DNA from: Trichomonas gallinae
Lineage: Eukaryota
Assembly: GCA_008369845.1 (NCBI GenBank)
Contig: MRSU01010985.1
Span: 1 to 38,036, forward strand
Reading direction: 5' to 3'
Length of the DNA: 38,036 bases
Position 1 is the stretch's first letter, and each line of letters opens with the position of its first letter. Under the pieces are notes generated by a model. It was not told the DNA's origin, made no database searches, and worked only from the letters and a program-made list of their open reading frames with translations. A program made the position numbers and the translations under genes. Shown here in pieces: positions 10,951 to 21,232 of this stretch.

Positions 10951-11316
10951 TTATATTGACCAAAAACATCAATTTATAGAAGATACTTATACGCAAACAT
11001 ACTTTAACTATTAATCTTCAATATTCAATTATGATATTAGTGAGATTATTACACATAAATGAATCATGTTATTAGAGGACTTATCTGTATTATATAGTTT
11101 AAGTGCATTCAGTCAAATACAATATTGATTGTTTCAAATTAATTTATTTGACAATAAAATACTGCATCTACATGGTAAAAAATGAAATTACACCAATGCT
11201 GATTATGTATATTCTCTTGTTAGGACAACATTGAATATGAGAAAATAAATTTTACACGTCAAACTTATTTTTACATGACAAAATTTTGAGAAAAAAACGA
11301 ACTTATTCTTTACAGA

Positions 11317-11769
11317 ATGACTTCAATGAGACCTGTTTATCAGGCCAATACAAAAAAGTGGTCTGGGTTTGTGTCTCATATAAGGAATGAAGCAGAAACG
11401 ATGAAAGCCATACGTGAAAGTGTCTTAAATGATGCAAAAAGCACAGGTGCTTATTACACAAGTCTACGACAAAGAAGTACTAGAGTAATTTTTAGACCGC
11501 CAAAGACTACATCAATGAGCACTAATCAAGAGCCATCTAATCTTCCAAAATTACATTCACGATCACAAACCAAACAAGAAACTAGATCAGTTATGAGTGT
11601 ATTAGAGCCAAATACAACAAATAACTACAATTTTCCAAAGAGAAAATCCGCTGCAGGCCGAATTTTCAATCCTGATAAATTGAAAATCTACGATGTTAAA
11701 GAGAGACAAAAAGATGTTGCAGTTTTATCTGGAGCATTGTTCTCTGATGATGTTTTAATTACAATTTAG
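11317..11769 (+). CDS. Hypothetical basic protein, 150 aa
   Basis: ATG-started ORF with coding-like composition between AT-rich spacers. TTTACA-n-TGAC motifs lie upstream. Confidence 0.75.
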   Translation: MTSMRPVYQANTKKWSGFVSHIRNEAETMKAIRESVLNDAKSTGAYYTSLRQRSTRVIFRPPKTTSMSTNQEPSNLPKLHSRSQTKQETRSVMSVLEPNTTNNYNFPKRKSAAGRIFNPDKLKIYDVKERQKDVAVLSGALFSDDVLITI

Positions 11770-12131
11770 TTTAGATTTCGATATATTATTTTTTGTTTCT
11801 TATAAATGTTTGTTTTATTGCTTTATGTTAGAACGGACTTGTTTATTTGTAGCTTTTTGCATTTTATTAGCAAATTTAATTTTTTTTGTTTTGAAGAAAA
11901 TTTGATGAGATTAGTGATGATTAATAGCTAAAACCTCTAAATTCCAATTTTTTCTTGTTGATTTTAAAGAAAAATTAAATATTCAAAATTATTTGATAAA
12001 TCTCATACATTATGCACATTACATTAGAGCAACACGAACTCTTTCATACATAACAATCATTTGCTATTATATAAAAATAGCAAAAAATAACAATGATAGA
12101 TATATAGAATTAATGTTTAGCAAGTATTTTC

Positions 12132-13037
12132 TTATTTCTTCCTATTCTTTTTGATTATAATGAATGTTCCAAAAATTAAAATCAATAATATGACAGCAAT
12201 CATATAGTAATAGAAGCATTTGGACTTCTGATGTACTTCAGCTTTCTGGAGGCTTTCATTGCCCTTTCTTATTTCTTCATGAGCTTCAATGACAATGTTA
12301 TCAATTCTATCCAGTATAGTACCTTGTTGAATGATTAATGTACCAAGATCAGCAAAGAGTTCATTGAGCTGATTCATCATTTGAATCATTTGTGTCAATT
12401 CTTGGTTCCTTTGTCTTAGCATTAAATCATTAGCCATAATCTGGGCTGTTTGCTCACCAGTAAGTCCAGGATCAAAGTCTTCCATACTGTCATCATCATT
12501 TTTATCATTATTCAGCTCAAGTGCAGCTGCTTGGGCTTTTTCATTCAGCTTTCGAAGATTTATGATGTAGTTTGCTTGTATATCTCTAAACTTTGTTGTG
12601 AGATCACGCAGTCTGGCAACAAAGCCCATTCTCATGTTATCTTCGATAATTCCGCGTGTAGTTTTTGATGAATATTTATCCTCACGAATAAGATCTCTAA
12701 GCTGTGTGATCTGTGTTGAAATTGAGCGTGTCTTAGCTTCTATAGTTGCATCTTGTGATTTAGTATCCAAGAAATTTGCTTTTAGACGCTGTTTATGCAT
12801 ATCTTGAAGTGTATCTATCTCACTTTGTATAGTTTGGAACTGAATCTCAACGTTATTTGCAGATGTAATGACTGAAGAATCAGCGCGCATCTTAGCATCG
12901 CTCATTGGCGTTGCATCAATCAGGCCAGCAGTAACATCATTAGTAGGCGCATTCGAGAATTTCATGTTATTCCTAAAGTTGCGGAACTGCGTTGTCTTGT
13001 CTCTTATAAAACCAATGCCACCAGCTTTAGAAGTCAT
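12132..13037 (-). CDS. STX16: Syntaxin-16-like Qa-SNARE (TGN/endosome)
   Basis: N-peptide RDKTTQF, Habc helices, SNARE motif LNELFADLGTLIIQQGTILDRIDNI and a C-terminal TM anchor. Confidence 0.88.
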   Translation of the reverse strand: MTSKAGGIGFIRDKTTQFRNFRNNMKFSNAPTNDVTAGLIDATPMSDAKMRADSSVITSANNVEIQFQTIQSEIDTLQDMHKQRLKANFLDTKSQDATIEAKTRSISTQITQLRDLIREDKYSSKTTRGIIEDNMRMGFVARLRDLTTKFRDIQANYIINLRKLNEKAQAAALELNNDKNDDDSMEDFDPGLTGEQTAQIMANDLMLRQRNQELTQMIQMMNQLNELFADLGTLIIQQGTILDRIDNIVIEAHEEIRKGNESLQKAEVHQKSKCFYYYMIAVILLILIFGTFIIIKKNRKK

Positions 13038-13926
13038 GTTTTTGCTTTGATTTTTTTACGATCGGAAATTTTTTGAAAATTTTATATCGTCAATTTTTAT
13101 TTTTGCTATTAAAATAGTGCAATAAGATATACATATAGTAATAATTTTAATTTTCAAAGAATATTGCCCAAACATGATGCTTTTAATTTTTGAAATTTAA
13201 AAAATTGTTCTATACACAATTTAAAGCTAATAATATATTAAGCACACATATTGTAGATAAAATAAGTAATTAAAATCTCAAGACATTTCATATATGAAAT
13301 TATATTGAATTGATTGATTCATGCTGGAAAATTCAATGCTAACCATCTATTTAACTCAACCTATACAATACTAGTCTTTCAATCAAAATTTAATATAAAT
13401 TGTTATTTTTGAATATTTAATTGCGTATGATATATGGTAATCATTCCCTTAGAAAGCTTCCACGATCTTCATTCTCGGATGATGGGATACATTATGCATC
13501 TATAATCATATTTTGGACCTTATTTAAAGAATTGTTTGAGATAATCTCATAATCAGAGCAATACAACTATTTACCATCTGATGGGCAGTGAGTCAAGCAT
13601 CAGTATTCCTGGATATTTCCAAAACATCAAGAATATCAAATTAGTCACAGTTTTATTTTACTTTTGAGCTGAAAGCACAGTTCTGCTCCATCATATTGGC
13701 GATTTTTGAATCTGACACGTAGATCGTCAAATCTGACATTTATCAAAAGATCCTTTTTCACTTAAATTACAAACACTATATGTATATCAGTAAACCTGCA
13801 TTCAAATTTAAGTTGTACAACTCTTTGACCACATGCATCCCATGTTGGAGATAAACGCGATGGAATACCCAATAACATGTTATAACAAGTTAAAAAATGA
13901 ACATGAAAAGTTTTGTCAAATTTTAA

Positions 13927-14898
13927 ATGTTGAGTGCAGAAATTCTTCCTGAATACATCCAAGAAATTATTAATCTCCGCAGCACAAAAAATCCGAATTC
14001 AAGGTTCGTTAGAAAGATACATGTGCTGTTATCTTACGCCGACACTAATCCTGAAAAAGTTGATTCTATTGGGCTTCAATGGATTACCGATGAAGAGTTC
14101 AAAATGCATAAGAAAACTTTATGTCAGTTACTTGGCTTAAAAATAAACTCTTTAAACAAGAATCTTAAATATGATGGATTCACACAAACGCAAATGGATA
14201 AATCCGGATGGACAGCTTGGACTAGAAAAGGATTCAACCGCAGAGATGTTCATCCAATCGATGATACTGATAACGAAAACATTATTAAAATTCAAGATCC
14301 AGTTTATTCTACTCCTCTTAGCATTGTAGAATCAATACGTAAAGCTGATTCAATATTGATTGGTGCAGCTGATCAATCGCAAAAAAACGAAACTTTATCT
14401 CTCGCAATTAACATTTGGAATGAAGTTGTTGACACGATTGGCATTGATTCAGTTAGAACTGAGTATCTGATACTTAAACTTGCAAAAAGATACGTAATTC
14501 CCGGCCAAACTTTCGAAAATTCAGTATCTGTAATAAAATCGATATTAGCACCCATAAATCCAACAGTCATTACATTTATAGAGTTCTACAAGTTTTATTT
14601 AGCGTTTGGACCAGAGCCAACAATTATGTACAAAATTCGTTCATTACTTGACATTGCTGTTAACACTAAGCCATGGCTATACTTCGGGTTTTCACCAGAA
14701 GAGATTAAAAAGACAACAGACAACTTTGGATATTTTGATACTGAAAACGAGCCAAATTGTCTGATAATTGTCTGGAATGGGGTTGTACATAAAGGATATA
14801 ATTTACCAGATGTTTCTTCCGATGGAAATTACATTGTTGGAGATGGAAACGTTTTTAAAGATTGGGAGAAGTATATTAGTTCATTGCAGATTATGTAA
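13927..14898 (+). CDS. IBP39-like initiator-binding protein (IBD winged helix plus C-terminal domain), divergent paralogue
   Basis: LPEYIQ..NPNSRFVRKIHVLLSY..IGLQWITDEEFKMHKK..GLKINSLNKNL..F.Q.Q.DK.GWT.W.R.GF.R aligns with the T. vaginalis IBP39 N-domain as recalled. The C-region (F..FY.AFGPE.TIM.KI.SLL, EPNCL) resembles the IBP39 C-domain. Confidence 0.9.
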   Translation: MLSAEILPEYIQEIINLRSTKNPNSRFVRKIHVLLSYADTNPEKVDSIGLQWITDEEFKMHKKTLCQLLGLKINSLNKNLKYDGFTQTQMDKSGWTAWTRKGFNRRDVHPIDDTDNENIIKIQDPVYSTPLSIVESIRKADSILIGAADQSQKNETLSLAINIWNEVVDTIGIDSVRTEYLILKLAKRYVIPGQTFENSVSVIKSILAPINPTVITFIEFYKFYLAFGPEPTIMYKIRSLLDIAVNTKPWLYFGFSPEEIKKTTDNFGYFDTENEPNCLIIVWNGVVHKGYNLPDVSSDGNYIVGDGNVFKDWEKYISSLQIM

Positions 14899-15092
14899 TA
14901 AAGTGTTTGTATTTAATTCTATTTTATTAAAAATAATATAATTTGAAAAAACATATATAGATATGACTTTTATTAGATATCTATATGGTTGGTTCAAATC
15001 GTTTATAATCCACAAAATAATTCTAAATAGTCCAAAAAAAATTATAAGAATTACAAAAATATAAATAATAAAACAAAATTACTAAGACTCAA

Positions 15093-15641
15093 TCATTTTG
15101 GGATCGGTACTTGATTGATTCCTGTCTTTCCAATTGAAACAAGATCAACTTCGCCATCCTTACATGTACATACTAAGGAATAAGGCTCACCGTCTTCGCC
15201 ACCGTTAACGGAGATGCCTAGAGTAGCAGGGCCTCGTAATGCAAACAAAGTTACTTCTTCCGAAGGAGAAAGTGCTAATACATCTTTATCTGAAACCCAG
15301 CCGTAATTTTTGAATAATTCTGATGCGGAAAGATCATTAAGACACTTATTGACATGATCGAGCATCTTGTCTATCTCTGCTTCCTTCTCGATTAATGAAA
15401 CTTGAGAAACATTGTTGTCCATCGCGCTTAAATCACCAACCCACCTAACTTTTGACTTGCCGCATCGTTCAACGAGACCAACACCAGCTAAAACGTTAGC
15501 GACATCGTATAATCTTCTCTTGGAAGCTCCAAGCGTAGCTTCAGCGTCAACCAAATCTATTTCGCCTGTACTAGAGCAAGCAAGCATTGATATAAATCCT
15601 TTTGTTAAGCTGACCAAAGTTGTTTTCCCTGATTCAGCCAT
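15093..15641 (-). CDS. E2F: E2F-family transcription factor (winged-helix DBD plus coiled-coil/marked box), 182 aa
   Basis: L..LTK.F, IDL..A...LG.SKRRLYDVANVLAGVGLVERCGKS.VRW, followed by EAEIDKML, YGWVS.KDV and TLFALRGP (marked box). Confidence 0.9.
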   Translation of the reverse strand: MAESGKTTLVSLTKGFISMLACSSTGEIDLVDAEATLGASKRRLYDVANVLAGVGLVERCGKSKVRWVGDLSAMDNNVSQVSLIEKEAEIDKMLDHVNKCLNDLSASELFKNYGWVSDKDVLALSPSEEVTLFALRGPATLGISVNGGEDGEPYSLVCTCKDGEVDLVSIGKTGINQVPIPK

Positions 15642-17541
15642 TTATAAAAAAAAAGTATGCAGGGGGAAGTAATTTGAAAAACCCCACTTTTTGTAAAAAG
15701 GTGACATATAAAAGTGACTTCTCTAAAAGTGTGAATTGATATAATGACGGATTGGACTCAAATTGGCATTATAAATATAACAGCCCTACACAATGGTTTT
15801 AACCGAGACACCAAAAAAGAGTGCCAATATCTTGATATATGAATTGTCGATAAAGCCACTTATTGTAGAAATCATGTATTTGTAAAGTGTCAGTTGTCAA
15901 ATTAAATTTCCAATAAATCCTTAAGTTCGAATCAGTATTAATGAACTTTTTGCAATTCATGAAAATCGTGTTCAATGACAAGTTTGTAGCTCAAGTTCTC
16001 TAAAATGCCACTTTAGATATAAATTATTCAATTTTACTTCCTCGAGGAAGCATATATTTCAGAGTGCTCAATGAATATTTTTCGATTATATTACCAATAT
16101 AATTCCCCGCGAAAATTAAATGAGTTATTATATCTGTGATCAGATCGAATATAAAGCACAGATTCCGCATCTCTATTCCATGGTAGCTTTGTTATTAATA
16201 ATATCTATGTAAAATTTCCAGTAAAAATAAAAAAATCAGCTCCATGTCTAATGAATGAATCGGATGGAATACGACATATCATCTTAATGTATATATACTT
16301 CCCAAAAATACAAAATGTTATATCATAATGAATTCCTATATATGCGCTTTATTTCAATATGTTTGCTCTAGATCTTCTATGTATTTATGCTATAATGTCC
16401 AATAACTCCAAAATGAAGAATCCACAGAAATAAAGTGTCACTTTTAATATTTTGAGAGACGATTGGTCACATTTGAAGTAATTGTTGCCAAAACTATTAT
16501 AAAAATGGAAGAGTCATTTCCCAGAAATTTCTCGAATTGAATGGTTCAAATGGTCACTTCATTTATGATTCAGTTTTCTGCTGATGTGTAATTGCGCTCG
16601 TTATTATAGCATAATATGGGCAGAGTAGGCGGATACCATGCGGTACACAATCTTTACCACTAATTTCAATATTCATATTGAATTTTAACCAAATAGCTTG
16701 ATATTCTGAGGAAATCGAGCGAAATATTAGTATAGTTGTCATTAATGAGTCTATTGTTTGATAAATCCCTCGATCATACTACGTTTTGAAAGAATATGAA
16801 CACATCACTCTCTATTTATAGTTTTTAGTGAATTTATCCCACATAATATATCAAATGGAGATACTTAACGTAGGATTTGTTCGAGTTGATTAATCAAATT
16901 TTACAAGATCACATCATCAAGTAGGAATATTGAAGAAAGCGTGAGGCATCACACGCTATTGCAAACTTATATATAAATAGAAGCAATATCAGCTGAAAGG
17001 AATGCTGATTGACTGCTAGATAAGCAAATCGATTATAATTATACAACAGCGCAGTTTTGACAAGCCAAGAACCAGTGAAACTCCATTAATTAGATCATAT
17101 TACACAGATACGATCTTGTTAGCACAAGACAACCATTCTCATAATCCAATAACGACATTTGAACCATTTTTAACCTGTAATTCCCATCAATTACGTTTCC
17201 ATTCGATATAACTACATTTATCTAACATATAATACATTTCAAATACTTTATAAGTCTTTGCAATCCTTAAATTTCAATATCACGCACAAGAGGGTCATAA
17301 AAGTCTAATTTGCGAACCATTCAAGCATAAACCAAGCAAAGACAAATGTAGTGTCGTGAAACTACGTGTTTATGAGCACATTTGAGATTTTCAAAGTTTT
17401 ATAACCTGAGCTTAAAGTTGAAAAAACTAATCCATTACGATAGTATTGTTTAGTTTAATAATTACAAGCCTGGTTTTCTACAAAATCAGGAAAAACAACG
17501 ATGAAAAATCAAAAATTACATGGTTAATTAAGAATTCGGGT

Positions 17542-18312
17542 TCACCAAAGATCATAAGAGGTTGATATTATTTCATTAGAATACGAATCAATCATTTGAG
17601 TTTCAGGAATCAGCTCAGGTTCAAAAGTGTCTGTTTCTTCAGGCAAATCTAGTATCTTGGACTGTTGTGTTGTGCTATTGATTACTGGAATAGGCAGTGG
17701 CGTGCTCTTCGGCTGCTCAACGTTGATAGTTGACTGAATAATCGGCTGCGGGATTACAGGAGCTGTCGGTGGAGATATAGGCGAGAAGCATGTGTTTCCT
17801 GACTGCCTGACAGTCCACTGCCGGAGCTCATTTGTGTTATCTTTCAAGATCGGAATGACATTTGTAAGCGCGTTGGCAGCTTCCGTACGGCCTAGATTCA
17901 CGGTGAAGCCCATCTTATGGAGGGAGCCGTTGATAGAAGACTTACATTTGAATATCAATAATCGAAGTTGACGAGTGTTGATCGCAATACCTTCATTGAG
18001 CCAGCAAACACCGCAAACGAGGCATCTGCGCCAATCATCTACTGTGCCACGTAAGCAGAATCTCTTAATTATTTCTAGAAGTTCTGTAAAGTTCTCGACT
18101 CTTTTGTTTCGCGTGTTTTTGGCGTATTGCGAGGATATAGACATCCTCAGGCACTGGTACTGGTACTTATCCATATCATTCAAGAAGTTCCAGTAATTAG
18201 GAAACTGTAAAGGAGGGATGCAATTTTGAATCTTCAAAAAAAATATTAAAAAAAAAAAAAAAAACGATAGAGAGAATTTAGATCTAAATATTTGTATAAT
18301 GGTATATATCAT
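17542..18312 (-). CDS. Initiator-binding-domain (IBD) transcription factor; start uncertain (18312, 18237 TTG or 18174)
   Basis: YW..L...DK..Y..LR, RNKR...F.E.L..I..F..RG..DDWRRCLVCGVCWL..GIAINTRQLR.LI.KCKSSINGSL..MG and ELRQWTVR match the expanded trichomonad IBD family. Pro/acidic tail. Confidence 0.88.
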   Translation of the reverse strand: MIYTIIQIFRSKFSLSFFFFFLIFFLKIQNCIPPLQFPNYWNFLNDMDKYQYQCLRMSISSQYAKNTRNKRVENFTELLEIIKRFCLRGTVDDWRRCLVCGVCWLNEGIAINTRQLRLLIFKCKSSINGSLHKMGFTVNLGRTEAANALTNVIPILKDNTNELRQWTVRQSGNTCFSPISPPTAPVIPQPIIQSTINVEQPKSTPLPIPVINSTTQQSKILDLPEETDTFEPELIPETQMIDSYSNEIISTSYDLW

Positions 18313-18443
18313 TTTTATGGATTTTTTACATTTTAGATTTTGAAAAATTTTGCGAATATTTATCTGTGCTTTCGTTAGAAGAGCAAAATTTTTGGATGAA
18401 AAGAGATAGAAAAGTGTCAGAAACGGTTATGACTAATTGTATA

Positions 18444-18690
18444 TTTAATTTCAGAAAAGTGACTGAATTTTTTGTAAGTTTTTTTACATACGATTGACAA
18501 AAAAGCTGATTTAAGATTTTTAATTGTGTTTTGATTTTCAGAAAATTTTTCTTTTCTGCAAATTTTTCTCATTGTAATCGACAGAAAAGCTGAATTTAGA
18601 TTTTTATTTTTTAATTTCAGAAAAGTGACTGAATTTTGAGTTTTTTTTCATACGATTGACAAAAACGCTAATTTGAGTTTTTTATTGTTT
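18444..18690. repeat. Three degenerate tandem copies of an approximately 83-bp unit upstream of the IBD gene
   Basis: TTTAATTTCAGAAAAGTGACTGAATTTT...CATACGATTGACAAAAA at 18444 and 18610. The middle copy is diverged but retains TTTCAGAAAA and GACAGAAAAGCTGA. Confidence 0.85.
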
Positions 18691-19964
18691 TATATATGAA
18701 GAGGTAGATTAAAGATGTTTTCCTTTTAAATTCGATCACTTAACACAAAATGCCGTAATTTTTACTCAGATATGCATATTATGTGTAGTAGATATGCGTT
18801 TTAATATTAAAATTTTAAAGTGCAATATTCTAAATTAAAATTACAAAATTTCGATGCTAATAGATAGAAAATCTTTGATTCTAATTATTTATAACAAAAT
18901 TTTCAAAAAATTCCATATATCGCCATCATTGAATTGAACAAATCTCATATTTTCCAAAAATGAGCAAATATTTTGTTGCCATATCGCATTTTCTACTATT
19001 ATTAATAATAAAATCATGTCCAAAATATTTATTTTTGTGCTGATTAATTATTTATATTCTTTACATGATATTATCATGATATTTACAAAAATTCTGCCAT
19101 TTCGGTGATAAAAATTTGAGTTTTTTTAGTGAATAGATACTATATGATATGATCGTTCATAATATCAAGAAAGGAATTTAACGCCGATAATATGGAGAAA
19201 AACGAAATCAGATGCATATTTAGCATGTACATTATTAATGCTGGCTATTCTTTCATTCAAAATCCGATTATTTCATATTTTTGACAAGATCACAAAAATT
19301 AGAATTGGTAATATATTCATTTTGCATTAAAAATAGCTATAATTTTAAATTTGTATATCGAATTAAATGCTAAATCATGTTTATTTTGTTTATTTAAATG
19401 GAGAAATTTTAAACGTTGATTTTCACCGACCAGTAATGAGAAATTATGCATTCATATATTATGCTTTGCTCAAAAACACATATATTAATGATTAAAGACG
19501 TTTAATTTAATTACGATATAAAATTTAAACGAATATTGGAACCCATAACCATAAAATTCTCATTCTTTCGGTTTTATTCAACTATTTCAATCATGATTAG
19601 TTATAATTCATATTTATTTAATGTGATGAGATTATTAAACGCATTATTTTACCGATAAGCCTCAGTCCTTATCACGATAAATGTTCATATTTACAACATA
19701 TATATATTATTAGATATTGCATATTTTTTCAACTCATTGATTACCTTATCACTTCATCTATATACATATAATGAACAATTGTATGACTAAAAATGAATGT
19801 GTTTTAGTCTCAAATCGTTTTGGAGTCTTCAACAAATGCATATATGATAATATATCTTTAAAACTATGCACTTATTTATGAGAACAGAATCTGTCTCTCC
19901 GCATATTAAAATTCCGAATTGTTATAATTAAAAAAATATTTTTAACTAACATTATAATTTTCCA

Positions 19965-20399
19965 TCACAATCTGAATAGTTGATCAGGTGATATTAATGC
20001 TGGTATTTGAATTACTGTTCCATCCATTGAAGTCAATCGAAGGCAGAAATCTCCAAAAATATTATGAGGAACTGGCTTCTTTAAGTTCACCCGTTGCATA
20101 TTTTCAAGAGATGCCTTGTATTTCTCATTATATCTAGATTTTTCTATATCTGATAAATTTTTCCATTCTTGTGCAAGAAGTTTAGTAATTTCTCTGCTTG
20201 GTATCTGTGGGTTTTCATTTTGTAATTTCAATCTTCTGTCTTGACAAAACAAGAAATATGGATTTGGAGGCTTATTTGAGCTTTTATTATTTTTCTCGAC
20301 TTTTTGGTTGAATATCATTGGATCACTCGGTGGCTTCGAGAACACAACCATGTTCTGAGACAGTGAACAAAATGTTGTAGGAAGAAAACCAAATTGCAT
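19965..20399 (-). CDS. Single HMG-box protein, 144 aa
   Basis: KPPNPYFLFCQDRR..L..ENP.....EITKLLAQEWKNLS..EKSRY. Confidence 0.9.
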   Translation of the reverse strand: MQFGFLPTTFCSLSQNMVVFSKPPSDPMIFNQKVEKNNKSSNKPPNPYFLFCQDRRLKLQNENPQIPSREITKLLAQEWKNLSDIEKSRYNEKYKASLENMQRVNLKKPVPHNIFGDFCLRLTSMDGTVIQIPALISPDQLFRL

Positions 20400-21232
20400 A
20401 ATGATTTCCTCTCACAAACACACACGGGAAATCACTAGCACCGAGTAACATATATATATATTAGTTATTATAAGATGATAAATATTGTAGACACATGAAT
20501 TTAGATCTATTCATACGGGAAAACATCGTTGAAAATTGCTGTTTGATATTGAGTTTCCTTCATTCCATTATAAAAAGTGACAGTCAAATGGGAACATACG
20601 GGAAACGACTTTGCCCATAGATTAATGTGATTTTGGAAAATTGAAGCTATATACTAGTTCAGGCTGTAGTGATGATGGATTTGTCTGTTTAAAGATGATG
20701 TTTTACTGCATATTTGGGGCAGCAATCTTAAAATATTCTTCCGTTTATTCCGTTTCTCTCAATTTTCCATTCAATTTTTTCAGAAGAATTTGATGCATTT
20801 TCCGTTTAAATTTTAATCAAACAACAACTTTGAGTCATTCTTATAACCTCATTAGCACCATTTAAACAAATTATCATATATTTTCCCTTTAAATTTGATT
20901 CATAATGATCTTTGTATTTATTGGTTTTTTAGTTGATAAATCGTCATAAATTTATCTATTGATGTTATATCACAAGCAATTTTATTGATTTTCACTATAG
21001 TATAAATTATGCCACGTAAAATTATTTATATGTCAAAAACAACAATTTTCATGATGAAATTATCATTTTGCAAATTTGTTCATTTCTCATTAATGTGCCT
21101 CATAAACAAGGATATAATATATACACAAGTAGAATCATTTAAATATTTATATTAGATATGACAATTCCTATCATGTGTTGAGAAATTCCGAAAAAGATTT
21201 TGCTGAAAAATCATAAAATTTATAAACGTGCA

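Noticed and set aside
13478..13582. ATGATGG...CTGA possible C/D snoRNA
   Set aside because: Imperfect box C, weak terminal stem and no recognisable rRNA guide.
20669..20730. GTGATGA box-C-like motif suggesting a C/D snoRNA
   Set aside because: No CTGA box D or terminal stem at a suitable distance.
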